Virus record (IMG/VR): IMGVR_UViG_3300017917_004642
Span: 19,577 to 83,576 of that record
Length of the DNA stretch: 64,000 bases
Strand: one strand, 5' to 3'
DNA from: a virus
Under the pieces are notes generated by a model. That model saw only the letters and a program-made list of their open reading frames with translations, ran no database searches and was not told the DNA's origin. The stretch's first letter is position 1, and each line of letters opens with the position of its first letter. Shown piece after piece: positions 45,812 through 56,486 of this stretch. Position numbers and translations under genes: made by a program.

Positions 45812-48800
45812 ATGTCAGGCACCCAAAATTCTATAAGTTCTCTAGTAGCTCAGTTTCTGAGACTTCAGAAAAACTCTATTGAGATTATCAATGGTTTAAA
45901 CGAAGTTGCAACTTCTACTAACGAGACGGTTCAAATTGAAATGCTAGATGAAGCAGGCTTACCTACTAATGCTAGCATACCAGCGTATGGTTACTTAAGA
46001 AGCCAGATACAAAGACTTGATTCAAACATTCAAGCATTGTCTGGACTTGGCGATAATTTTTCCACTGTTAGAAATCCAGATGGAACTTATTCACAGATTT
46101 ATAAATCTCAACCTTTAAGAGATCCAACTCCCCTTGTTAATTTACAGGTACCTAGCACATTCTCAACACGTGACAATTGGTTTTTTGAAAGCTTTTTGTC
46201 TCCGCTTCTTTATATTAATATCGATGTTACGGGTCAAATACCCGATGATGCTGACCGGATTCAGGTAAAAAGAATCATAGCAAACACAGATACCGATGTT
46301 AAGAAATCTTATTTCGATCAGAATCTTGATGGCAGAAACGATATCAGTGAGCAAGAATTTATCAATGAGCTTGTTAATAATGGGATTACATATTTTGTAG
46401 ACGAGGACACAATTCCATTGCCTTTAAGAACAATTAGAAACAAGGGAACTTTTAGCGTTATCTCTTTTTATGACGATACTGTAAGCACGACAGATGCAAA
46501 CGGACAGGTTGTTCAAGAAACAAGAAGAAACTACAAACTTAATAACATCCAGTACACTGATACGACAACTGGTGTAGAAAACGGAAGAACACTTCAGGTT
46601 GGGAATTTCCTACTAACTACAGATGGATCTAGATATGAGATTACGTCAATCAATATAGCAGAAACATCAGTGCAGCTGAAGAGAACTTCTGGTTATCAGC
46701 CAGTTCAAATTGGTGCTGATACTTTAAGCCTACTTTCAACCCAATTCAGTCAGAGATTCGTACAAGTAAATGTCGGATATGACGAAAGACAGGGAGTTTT
46801 CTTTAAGAAAATAGACGATAACTATAACATAGTAGCTTCAACTTGGTCTCCTGGTATAGTTTTCTTCTCAAATCAATTAAGAATAAACACGTCTGGTGGG
46901 GTACAAACTCTAGAGCAATTTTATTTAACGTCAGTAGCGGATTTAGGCCAGATCTTTCTTGGTATGGCCAAAGAAAAGAAGATCAATGCAATTAGCGGAT
47001 TGGTCCCAGATTCTCCAACTATTACTGCGGATAATTTCAGAGTAGTACAAATAAATACTCAGCTTACACAAGGTACTGATGTTCAAACACTTAACGAAAA
47101 GATTGCACTAAAATCCACTTTACAAAGTGAAATCCTACAACTTGATACTGCAATCAACACGGCAAGATCTCAGATTAATAACGTAAGTACTGTTTCTGTT
47201 TTGCCGCAGTCTGGTGTTTTACAGCCTTTAGCTATTTCAGCAAGCAACTCGCTTACATCAACAACACAAAACACACAAGCTCTTCAAGCAAACTTAAATT
47301 CTTTAACCCAGCAGAGAGTACAAAAGCAGCAGCTTTTGGCTTCTGTTGTTAGCGATATCTCAACACTTTCTACCAACACCCCGCAACTTGTTGCCGAGCC
47401 TAAATATAGAGTTAGAGGATTCTGGCCTATTCCACAGCCAAAGCAAAGCCCATCTACTGGACCACAATCTGTTATCCAGTTCATCATTGAGTACAGGTAT
47501 TTAAGTGATTCTGGTGTAGCACCATCAGTGCAACAGATCCAATTCCTGGATTTAAATGGACAGAAGAAAACAGGAGCTTTCAGCAACTGGACTAAAGTTG
47601 TTACCGACATCAGAAAAAAAGTATATGATCCGAACACAGGAACATATGTTTGGTCACCAGAATTTACTGATGATGCTGATGCTAACAATATAAATCAATT
47701 GGACATCCCAATCACTAAAGGTGAAAAAGTAGAAATTAGAATTCAGTCAGTTTCAGAAGCTGGCTGGCCAGATAATCCATTAACATCGGATTATAGCGAT
47801 TCTGTAACAGTTTCTTTCCCTGCAGATGCCACAACACAGAATGCTGCTGCATCTCTTGTTAATAATATGAAAGATGAGGCTGTGCTTGCAATTCAACAGG
47901 ATTTGAGTGCTAAGGGTGTAGACGGTCTTTTGTCAAAACAGTTTACTAACGGTTCAAAAACATATTACTTGGATGCTCCGAGTGTAGCAAGCGGATTCTA
48001 CGATTCTTCTGGAACCCCAGTAGATTTATTTCAAAAATTAACAGAGCTTCAGGATCAATTGAACTCTTTGAGAGCAACAGTAGAAAAAGCAGTTGGTATA
48101 CTACAGGTTTACATTGTAGACAGCAACGGAAGTTCACAAATAGTTACTAGCGGACAGACAATTAAATTGAACGCTGGCTATTACAATCAGATCTTTACCA
48201 ACCCAACAACATCAGATGCCGGAAAAATTGCAGCAAAAATTTATCAGCTTAAACTTGTAAATAGCGCTGCTGGACTTCTCGAATTGGCTTCTTCTTTGCC
48301 AGGAGGTTTAGATACCCTTGCCGGTACTTCTAGCACATATTCTCTCCCTGCTGGATATGCTACCAATCTAAGATACGGAGAAATATCCATTTCAGTGACT
48401 TCTTTGACACCTGCGGATATTATTCCTCCTGGTTCTACTGGTAATGCAAACGATGAATCTTTCCAGCAACTAAGACAAGCAGCACCGTACGTATCTGGTA
48501 ATGCAAATAGCCAATTCATTTACCCAAGATGGAAATCAGTTGGCCTAGATCAGAATCTTTACTTCACCCCAACTTCTTATGTCTCTGGATACGATTACAC
48601 AGGAAATCCTAGTGGATACCCGCAGAACGGTAGCTCACTGATTCCATACGATCCAACAATTTCTACCGTTCCTACAGCATCTGGTACAAATGGTTCTGTT
48701 TGGAATGGAGGATACACAGGTACAACTGGTTCTTATATTGGATTGGGTAACGGATATCTAAGTGAATTCTGTATTCATAAAGACCATCCTGCTTTGTCAA

Positions 48801-49384
48801 CCGGTCAATCTTTTACAAATCTAGTAAAACCCGATTATTCTGGCGGTATAGTAGTTTATCCATACTTCAGACAATCTGATTATTTCTACAATGATAATTC
48901 TATCCCGAATTACTGGATGCAATTGGGCTATTCACCTGTTACAACTGATTTCGTACAAGGTGCTACAGCAACTAGAGAGGATTCGATGTATCCCTATAAG
49001 CTAGGATTTGAAAACAATGACGAATGGTTATTGGGAAGATATAGCTGTGGATCTTATTTATTTTTAGGTCCAGTAACATCTTCTTCGATCCAAGTACAAG
49101 GTTCAACTTCTTTAGCCAGCCAATATGTTCAAACCGGAGACAATAATGCAATCATCATTCCTTTGGTTTATCAGTTTAGAGCAACGGATAAACTTGGATA
49201 TGTCGGTGGGTTTAGAGCAAACGGAAATCCAACTAATATCACATACACCAAAAAATTAGGAATCGATATACAGGTTAGGAATCAAAGTCCTTTCTCCTTC
49301 GATCTTGAAGTTACTGCGAAGTATAAAAATGATACACTATCTTCGCCCAACTTTGCAACACAAGGAGGGACTAATTTAGGGTAA
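45812..49384 (+). CDS. Large virion structural protein (coiled coils, FN3-like segment)
   Basis: 1190 aa; Q/L-rich heptads; IQFIIEYRY...VEIRIQSVSEAGW..S.YS FN3-like pattern. Confidence 0.5.
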   Translation: MSGTQNSISSLVAQFLRLQKNSIEIINGLNEVATSTNETVQIEMLDEAGLPTNASIPAYGYLRSQIQRLDSNIQALSGLGDNFSTVRNPDGTYSQIYKSQPLRDPTPLVNLQVPSTFSTRDNWFFESFLSPLLYINIDVTGQIPDDADRIQVKRIIANTDTDVKKSYFDQNLDGRNDISEQEFINELVNNGITYFVDEDTIPLPLRTIRNKGTFSVISFYDDTVSTTDANGQVVQETRRNYKLNNIQYTDTTTGVENGRTLQVGNFLLTTDGSRYEITSINIAETSVQLKRTSGYQPVQIGADTLSLLSTQFSQRFVQVNVGYDERQGVFFKKIDDNYNIVASTWSPGIVFFSNQLRINTSGGVQTLEQFYLTSVADLGQIFLGMAKEKKINAISGLVPDSPTITADNFRVVQINTQLTQGTDVQTLNEKIALKSTLQSEILQLDTAINTARSQINNVSTVSVLPQSGVLQPLAISASNSLTSTTQNTQALQANLNSLTQQRVQKQQLLASVVSDISTLSTNTPQLVAEPKYRVRGFWPIPQPKQSPSTGPQSVIQFIIEYRYLSDSGVAPSVQQIQFLDLNGQKKTGAFSNWTKVVTDIRKKVYDPNTGTYVWSPEFTDDADANNINQLDIPITKGEKVEIRIQSVSEAGWPDNPLTSDYSDSVTVSFPADATTQNAAASLVNNMKDEAVLAIQQDLSAKGVDGLLSKQFTNGSKTYYLDAPSVASGFYDSSGTPVDLFQKLTELQDQLNSLRATVEKAVGILQVYIVDSNGSSQIVTSGQTIKLNAGYYNQIFTNPTTSDAGKIAAKIYQLKLVNSAAGLLELASSLPGGLDTLAGTSSTYSLPAGYATNLRYGEISISVTSLTPADIIPPGSTGNANDESFQQLRQAAPYVSGNANSQFIYPRWKSVGLDQNLYFTPTSYVSGYDYTGNPSGYPQNGSSLIPYDPTISTVPTASGTNGSVWNGGYTGTTGSYIGLGNGYLSEFCIHKDHPALSTGQSFTNLVKPDYSGGIVVYPYFRQSDYFYNDNSIPNYWMQLGYSPVTTDFVQGATATREDSMYPYKLGFENNDEWLLGRYSCGSYLFLGPVTSSSIQVQGSTSLASQYVQTGDNNAIIIPLVYQFRATDKLGYVGGFRANGNPTNITYTKKLGIDIQVRNQSPFSFDLEVTAKYKNDTLSSPNFATQGGTNLG

Positions 49385-49415
49385 TGTTTTATGTGTAACA
49401 ACAAGATAAAGTAAA

Positions 49416-52400
49416 ATGGCAGCACCTAAGCTTTTTGATTATAACTCTTCGTTCGGATTACTGAGAACGAATCCGAAAATTACTGGAAACGTTAAAGTTA
49501 CCCTGGACTCTCAGCAGGGTGTATGGCTTAATTCAATGGATGCCAATCCAACGTTAAGCGACCAAAGATTTAAAAAATATCAGGTTTCAGGTCAGAATAC
49601 TTATGCAAAAGATCTGTACAAGTTTTTTCAGGACGGCGGTACTAACAGTGATGTAATTTTTGAGGTTGGTAAATTCACAGACGGTGAAAGCAAACCAGTT
49701 GAGAATTTCTCGTCGCAGTATGATTTTTTCTATGGTTCTGGTGCATCTACTTTGATAGATAGAAATTATACAGAAAATTTCAGATATCTCCAACCATTAT
49801 GGTTGAGAAACGAATTGCCTGAATTTTTCGTTATATTTAAAGTACCCGGACCTTTGAGTTATCCATACTCAACAAATCAAACGTTAATTCAAGACGGGGT
49901 CCAATACAAGCTCATTCAGGATGTAAACTCAAGTCAAACATTTAAGATATCATACGGATTTGATAATAGCGGAACCCCTATCGAGTTTTCTGCTGGTCAA
50001 TTCTTCGATGGAAACTCAGTCTATAATTCATATACAGTCTTAAGTGGAACTGGCAAAGTTGTTGAAATGGACGAGCTTCTTTTCCAGCCAGAGGTAGATG
50101 ATGTTGAATCGTATTTTAACTCTAAAATACTTCCATATGCTACTGCAATAGCGACATATGATTTAAGATCTACAACTACAATTGGGAAGTATATCAGATC
50201 TATTGTAAATGATCCTGGATATTCTCAGAGCCCGATTGATTTCTCGTATCAGCTCAATGCTTATTCTTATTTTTATGGGGTTGATTACAAGAACGGGACC
50301 TTTACGAAAAAAGGAGAATTGCTCTATGATTTTCTTATCTCCAATGAATCAACACCACAGATAGATTTTGAAAATGCGATAACCGATGGATTTTCTAGAA
50401 ATGGTATAATTTCTGCAAACGTATTGAACATGGAGTTCTTATTCAATGATGCAGACTCTGATCTTTATACTATCAATAGATATTTTGGATGCTATGTTTC
50501 TAGAAACGATTTGGGAGAATTTGTACTCAATGGAGATTTTTTCTATAAATACAAAAACGAAGAAGGCAATAACAATTTACCAAAACCTTCACTTAATAAC
50601 GTAGGATACTTTAATAGTACAGCAAACAATTTCCAAAGCAGCACTACTGGTGTTAGACTTTATTACGAAGGAGCTTCTGGATGGATTCCTGGATCGGAGG
50701 ACGTTAACGTTTTAGATCCACAGAAACTGTATTACATAACGGATAAGAATGAAAATTTCTACAGCTTATCTAGATATGAAAATTACATCAGCACTTCAAA
50801 CACGTGGTCAAATAACACACCGGTTTATGCACAGTTTGGTCCATATAAGCAAGACGAAACTTTTGGTACAACAGGAACACCTGGATCCAAGAAAGGAAAT
50901 ATAGTAATTTCCGATACCTCTGTTAACCTTTTAGATTTTACTGGACCGGGAGAAAAAATAGGGAGTTTCCCTGGCATTTTACCAAATAGTAAAGGTAATG
51001 CAAATCTAAATGTTGAGTTCTTAAAGAATTATACCCTTTCAAATCCTGTTACATTCAAAATCATTTGGCCAAATGGATCACAGGGTAACATGCAGGAAAG
51101 ATTTGACTTGATCCAATCTGGCGAATTTGGCGGTACACTCTTAGGATGGATGGAAGGATCATCTTATAATATAGGGAATAGCCACTATTTTAATTTTTTA
51201 CAGGGTACACCATCAGAGATTGCTAAATCTTTCTCTGCTTGTGTTTCTAGCATAAGTGAAGTTGTTTGGGATTCTGCCACATCACAGAATAATTCTATCA
51301 TTAAAATAAAGAATGCTGGATCAAAAGAAAACACAAATTATAAAATAGGTGTATTTTCGGATTATGCTTCTTTCCTGACAGTTTACCAGGGTATTTGGGA
51401 CAATTCTCTATCTTATTCAGCAGGTGACGTTGTAAACTTTGCAGATACTTATTACTCTGCAATAAATAACGTCAATGCACCAAGTGCTGGGTATTTTAAC
51501 GATAGCCCAATTGATGATATAGTTAATTGGGAAAAGTACAACACGTTCAGTGAAAGCGGTTATTTAAAGATCGGAAACTCAGATGCATCAACTCTGGATA
51601 AAAATGTTAATTTCAACGGCGGAACAGACTATCCAAAAAGTAGAGTTGCATTTAGCATTGCAGAAATTGATAAAATCGTACCAGGTGCCTGGATAGAAGT
51701 TGAAAGCGGAAGAGGAGTTACCGGATCAATGTCTGTTATAGAAAGTGTTTCAAGATATGTTGATCAGCCGATCTATGATGGAGATCCTCTTAAAACAATA
51801 GGTACTGTTACTGGGTTCAAAGGGTTTAATGAATTTTTGGTTGCAAATCTGCAGGATCAAAAAGCAGTCATTAACCTTGGATCTGATAGTAATTTCAATC
51901 TGTTTGAGATGTCGAAGTTGTATTCTGGAGTTTTCTCTTTCTTCGACCTTAAAGATTTTGATTTTGATTTTTTAACTTCTAATTACGGACAGACACCAAC
52001 CCCAGAATATCACAGATATTTTAAGCTTATCCCAGGACAACTTGGACAGATTGTACAGGGAACAAAATATCTTGTGAGACAAGGACAAGTTATTGTCGAT
52101 AAGGGAACTATTGACGAAAGAATCCTTGGGCCAGGAAAAGCTTTTATTGGCACTAGTGTTAGTTATTTTGAAGATTATGGATTTAATGTAAATGGAGAAG
52201 TTGCTGTTGTTGTTCCTGCAATATTTACACAAATAGGATGGGTAGATCCATCGTATACGTACACGTCTGGTAATATATCTGCAGAACAGAATTTAAACTC
52301 TTTCATTGGATTCTACGGCATCCAATCGATTTCTGAAACTAAGCCATCCCCACTCGATTCGGACAAAACACAATTGTTCGAGTATGGAAAATTAGAAACA

Positions 52401-54968
52401 GAATATCAGTATCTGGAAGAGAATTTTACAGCAACCCGTGCTAATTTTTCTAAAGTAGTTCCATTTGTTAATAAATGGGGATATAGAGGTGGAACAGACG
52501 CAAGAGGAAACGTTTACAGGTTGAATTCCTCACCTGCTTTTAGCCCAACCAACTTTTCACCCAGCTTTCAAAAGGATCAACCTGATCCTAGCTATCTAAC
52601 CCATGAATGGATGCTATTGGAAGGAATTCCTATGCAATTCCCAGCTTCTTCTATCTCTGAGCAGAATAGCTATTTGCCTGGAAAGATTGACCTGGACCAG
52701 GTTAGAAATTCCAATCCTACTAATAGTCTTTATTTTTCATCTTTCTTTACCGTAGAATCATCGGATTATCCAGCACCCTATAATGATCCTGCAAACGGAA
52801 CTAAAGAATTATTCACACCATTTACATACAACTCCTCAACCGGATTTTATGATACAATTTTTAGAGGAGTTAAGATATCCTTAAAAAGAAAAAGCACAAT
52901 TCCAAATCCACAGAGCGATCTTGACAAATATGTTCTTAATTACAGAGGATTCGAAAATTATAATTTTTCTGCTATTTTAAGAGTAGTGCCAGAAGATATC
53001 ACAACAGTACAAGCACCGGTCTCGTACGAAATCATAGAAAACGTACAGCAAAAGTGCATTCTGTTTGTAACTAAGGTTGTAGTAAAAGATTATCGTGCTT
53101 TAACACTAGGATATACAGGTGGAACTGGAGGAGATCCTTACTTAGATTATCTTTTGATGTATAGTCTAAAAGATAAAAAGCAAGATGCAGGTGTTGGTAT
53201 TACTGGGAACCCTGGTCCAACTGGTTCTACGCTTTATGAGATCTCTGACATCAAATTAAGCTCAGCTTTAGATCTTTCGATCATTTCAAATAGCTCTGTT
53301 ACGACAACTACCAACCCTGGAGTGATTTACACAATAGAGAATCCACTTTATGATACAGATCTAAGAGAGGAGATAAACCTCTTCTATCCAGAAGGATCTA
53401 CAGGAAGCGTTGGTGTGACTGGTCCAGGTAGCTTTAGCGTGCCTAATATTTCGTCGACTTATCCTTGGCCTACTTCAAGATCTCAGTCTATCGTTAATTT
53501 TGCACCTATTTCATCTCCTGATTATATCTTTGATATCCCATTTGCATTCTCTTCTCCTGTTACAATCCCAGTTGGGCCAAGGAGTGCATATGCTGGTAAT
53601 CCTGTTTTTCAAATAGACGGAGGTGAAAATTACTTCGAATTTATCATGAAGAGAATCTCAGTTTCTCAGATATTCGAAAGAGTAAATACGGAAAGCCCGT
53701 ATATAACTTATACAACATACGATTGGGATTCTGCAACATCGACAACAGTAGCAACTTCAGATTATTTTCAGATCTCTCTAAGCCAGCCTACCGCTATTTA
53801 CAAGCCTAGCGGATTATATCCTGTTAAAAATTACTCGGGACCTCAGACGCTAGGACAAAACCAACCAACTGGATTTGTAATAGAAAATGGTGGAAAAAAT
53901 TACGCCTCTGATATTTTAAGGTATGGCGGAGGATACGAACCATTGTTTAAGAAAATATTCAAATTCAAGAACGATAAAACTGATACTATTACCGGTGACA
54001 ATTCATTAGATCTAAGCTTCAGAAATTGTACATTCGCTCCAGAACAAACAAACTTTGGCCTAATACAGAATCTTTCTTATAGCAAGGTTTCTCTCGGTAA
54101 AAATATATTAGAGGCTTCGCAGAATTTGCCGCAGGGACCGGTTTATCCACTGGTTGGACAAACACCAATCGCACAGAAAAATCAATCTGTTTTCCTTTCA
54201 AGCTGGGATCCTGGGTATTACAATTTGTATTCTAGCGCATTGGTACAAACTCCTGTTGCTGGAACTAGATCTATGAAAGAGTTAAAGTCTTTCCTTGGAT
54301 CTAAGATGATGCAGACCCCATACACTATAACGATTTATACCTTTATAGGTCTTGAGCTTTCGAGAGACTCTGGATCAACCAATGTTTCTAATATCAATTT
54401 GGCAGCAAATAATGCTGTTACTGAAATTCAGCAGATTGGTCCAGGAAATAGCAATACTGGTATTGGACAACTTGGAACGTATCAATCGAATGCTGATCTT
54501 GCTGTTTTTGACGAGAATATATTTCCACAGGTAGAAGTTTTTTGGCAGAAGAACAGCCTTACTAACACCGTGGTTAGTTCTATTAGACTTGATAGAATTC
54601 TAAGGAGATATCTCTTGAATTCCGGTATTTCTACAGAATTCGTCAATAATATAGTAACTGAATTTGGTGTAGGAAACCCTAATAACATAAACGATGACAT
54701 CGATTCTTACATCGAACAGAACGTTGCACCGATTTATGAGGGAATAACTTTCGATCTTTTTGTTAAAAAAACTGGCCAAAATTTGTCGTCTACTGAAATT
54801 CTGGTTAGAGGAGACTTAATCAATCCAGACAGAATAAGATATGCTTATTATCAGCAAAGCAATTTCCAATTAACCAAAAGAAATAATCTGTCTTATACTT
54901 TTGAATATCCACTTACCGTAGGACAGAATTATTCTTTAACCTTCTCTTTTAGAATCCAAAAAATTTGA
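49416..54968 (+). CDS. Very large virion structural protein with CBM5/12-like module
   Basis: 1850 aa; GIWDNSLSYSAGDVVNFADTYYSA...NWEKY near 51390-51540. Confidence 0.55.
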   Translation: MAAPKLFDYNSSFGLLRTNPKITGNVKVTLDSQQGVWLNSMDANPTLSDQRFKKYQVSGQNTYAKDLYKFFQDGGTNSDVIFEVGKFTDGESKPVENFSSQYDFFYGSGASTLIDRNYTENFRYLQPLWLRNELPEFFVIFKVPGPLSYPYSTNQTLIQDGVQYKLIQDVNSSQTFKISYGFDNSGTPIEFSAGQFFDGNSVYNSYTVLSGTGKVVEMDELLFQPEVDDVESYFNSKILPYATAIATYDLRSTTTIGKYIRSIVNDPGYSQSPIDFSYQLNAYSYFYGVDYKNGTFTKKGELLYDFLISNESTPQIDFENAITDGFSRNGIISANVLNMEFLFNDADSDLYTINRYFGCYVSRNDLGEFVLNGDFFYKYKNEEGNNNLPKPSLNNVGYFNSTANNFQSSTTGVRLYYEGASGWIPGSEDVNVLDPQKLYYITDKNENFYSLSRYENYISTSNTWSNNTPVYAQFGPYKQDETFGTTGTPGSKKGNIVISDTSVNLLDFTGPGEKIGSFPGILPNSKGNANLNVEFLKNYTLSNPVTFKIIWPNGSQGNMQERFDLIQSGEFGGTLLGWMEGSSYNIGNSHYFNFLQGTPSEIAKSFSACVSSISEVVWDSATSQNNSIIKIKNAGSKENTNYKIGVFSDYASFLTVYQGIWDNSLSYSAGDVVNFADTYYSAINNVNAPSAGYFNDSPIDDIVNWEKYNTFSESGYLKIGNSDASTLDKNVNFNGGTDYPKSRVAFSIAEIDKIVPGAWIEVESGRGVTGSMSVIESVSRYVDQPIYDGDPLKTIGTVTGFKGFNEFLVANLQDQKAVINLGSDSNFNLFEMSKLYSGVFSFFDLKDFDFDFLTSNYGQTPTPEYHRYFKLIPGQLGQIVQGTKYLVRQGQVIVDKGTIDERILGPGKAFIGTSVSYFEDYGFNVNGEVAVVVPAIFTQIGWVDPSYTYTSGNISAEQNLNSFIGFYGIQSISETKPSPLDSDKTQLFEYGKLETEYQYLEENFTATRANFSKVVPFVNKWGYRGGTDARGNVYRLNSSPAFSPTNFSPSFQKDQPDPSYLTHEWMLLEGIPMQFPASSISEQNSYLPGKIDLDQVRNSNPTNSLYFSSFFTVESSDYPAPYNDPANGTKELFTPFTYNSSTGFYDTIFRGVKISLKRKSTIPNPQSDLDKYVLNYRGFENYNFSAILRVVPEDITTVQAPVSYEIIENVQQKCILFVTKVVVKDYRALTLGYTGGTGGDPYLDYLLMYSLKDKKQDAGVGITGNPGPTGSTLYEISDIKLSSALDLSIISNSSVTTTTNPGVIYTIENPLYDTDLREEINLFYPEGSTGSVGVTGPGSFSVPNISSTYPWPTSRSQSIVNFAPISSPDYIFDIPFAFSSPVTIPVGPRSAYAGNPVFQIDGGENYFEFIMKRISVSQIFERVNTESPYITYTTYDWDSATSTTVATSDYFQISLSQPTAIYKPSGLYPVKNYSGPQTLGQNQPTGFVIENGGKNYASDILRYGGGYEPLFKKIFKFKNDKTDTITGDNSLDLSFRNCTFAPEQTNFGLIQNLSYSKVSLGKNILEASQNLPQGPVYPLVGQTPIAQKNQSVFLSSWDPGYYNLYSSALVQTPVAGTRSMKELKSFLGSKMMQTPYTITIYTFIGLELSRDSGSTNVSNINLAANNAVTEIQQIGPGNSNTGIGQLGTYQSNADLAVFDENIFPQVEVFWQKNSLTNTVVSSIRLDRILRRYLLNSGISTEFVNNIVTEFGVGNPNNINDDIDSYIEQNVAPIYEGITFDLFVKKTGQNLSSTEILVRGDLINPDRIRYAYYQQSNFQLTKRNNLSYTFEYPLTVGQNYSLTFSFRIQKI

Positions 54969-54983
54969 TGGATTAATAATTAG

Positions 54984-54991
54984 AATATATA
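54984..54991 (+). promoter_or_regulatory. Late-promoter-like AATATATA
   Basis: One mismatch to the recurrent octamer, 18 nt upstream of ATG 55010. Confidence 0.45.
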
Positions 54992-55009
54992 CTTAAAGAA
55001 GTTTGACAA

Positions 55010-56485
55010 ATGCCTACACTTACCATACTTTCTCTTAATGCTGGCGACAATCAGCAGGACATTATTAATAAAATTAATTCGAACTTTGATTCACTAATAC
55101 AGAATGGTGGTGGTCCTCAGGGTCAACAAGGAGATCCTGGTCAACAAGGCCCGATTGGACCTGCAGGTCCGAAGGGAGATCCAGGACAGCAGGGAACAAG
55201 AGGCAATAGATGGTTTGTGCAGGCATCGCAGCCTTTAGGAGGATCTAGTGATCCTATTCTGGTTGGAGATTATTGGGTTAATACGACTTCAAACAATGAG
55301 ATTCTTCAATACGGAGCTTCTGGCTGGGTAGCAACTGGATCAGATCTTCAATCTACTGAATTGTTCACAACCCTAGTTGGTATATCTGGACCAGTCGGAA
55401 CGAAAAATGCAATCGTTCTAAACACTGGATTCCCTGAGACCAATACTCTTGTGTTAAGTGATGCAGTTTCTTTGGCACCAACAGCAAATCCAACTTACTC
55501 TAAACTTTTAATTGCTACAAATAGTTCAAGCGATTATCCGATATTGGAATTTGCAAAAACAAACGCACCTGGTGTTGGAACTTCTCTTGATTATAATAGA
55601 CATCCACAGTTTAGATGGCTAAGCCCATCCGGATCAAATTACAGTCTATTATTTTCCGTTCCACAAGATCAACTGGAGATTAAATCTGGTGCGGCAATGA
55701 CAGTTAGAAGCACTGCTTCTTCTTTATTACTTTCAGCAAATACCTCTCTGTCTTTAACCTCAGGTACAACAATGTCTGTTACTTCTGGTGGACAAATGTC
55801 ATTTAATTCTGGAAGTTCCACTATGCTGTTTAGCTCTCAGAAATTTAATCTAACCGCTAGTGCATTTAGCATGACCGTGCCATTAACTATTAATGGTACT
55901 TCTACAGGGTACATTATGAACTTTGTTAACCAAAGTTCAAGCGGAAGTGGTCTTTCTGTAAGTTTATCTACAGCATTATCTTCTCAGTTTTTAGCAAATT
56001 TCGTATCTGCAGGAACATCAAGATTTAATGTTAGAGCAAACGGTAAAGTATTTATGAACCAAACGGGAACCGCTGTTACAACCATAAGCGGAACTTACGA
56101 TTCTAATATAACTGTTTTAGGCTTAAGTACATTTTTCTGGTATCTTGGAACAAATAAGATTACTTCGGGAAACACTGTAGTAATGAATATTGGCACTAGC
56201 AATTATAGAGGTATCTCATTCCCTATCGGAACTGCTTCAAACAGCTGGTCTGCATATCTAGATAATAACGAATCGATCCAATTTAGGGTGATGTCAAGTT
56301 CTGGCACTAATAAAATTCAGGTTATTTCTTACGATACTGGCGGAGGACCAACAACCGGTACTTCAGTAAGTTTAGGCACTGCTGGGGCACAATTCATAGA
56401 TTTTACTATAATTAGAAAAACTTCATCGACAGACTATAATATTTTTTATAGCACTTGTGAAGGATTAAGCGGAATATTGGTTTAA
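55010..56485 (+). CDS. Collagen-like tail fibre protein
   Basis: GPQGQQGDPGQQGPIGPAGPKGDPGQQGTRG; GDYWVNT; KINSNF anchor motif. Confidence 0.75.
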   Translation: MPTLTILSLNAGDNQQDIINKINSNFDSLIQNGGGPQGQQGDPGQQGPIGPAGPKGDPGQQGTRGNRWFVQASQPLGGSSDPILVGDYWVNTTSNNEILQYGASGWVATGSDLQSTELFTTLVGISGPVGTKNAIVLNTGFPETNTLVLSDAVSLAPTANPTYSKLLIATNSSSDYPILEFAKTNAPGVGTSLDYNRHPQFRWLSPSGSNYSLLFSVPQDQLEIKSGAAMTVRSTASSLLLSANTSLSLTSGTTMSVTSGGQMSFNSGSSTMLFSSQKFNLTASAFSMTVPLTINGTSTGYIMNFVNQSSSGSGLSVSLSTALSSQFLANFVSAGTSRFNVRANGKVFMNQTGTAVTTISGTYDSNITVLGLSTFFWYLGTNKITSGNTVVMNIGTSNYRGISFPIGTASNSWSAYLDNNESIQFRVMSSSGTNKIQVISYDTGGGPTTGTSVSLGTAGAQFIDFTIIRKTSSTDYNIFYSTCEGLSGILV

Positions 56486-56486
56486 A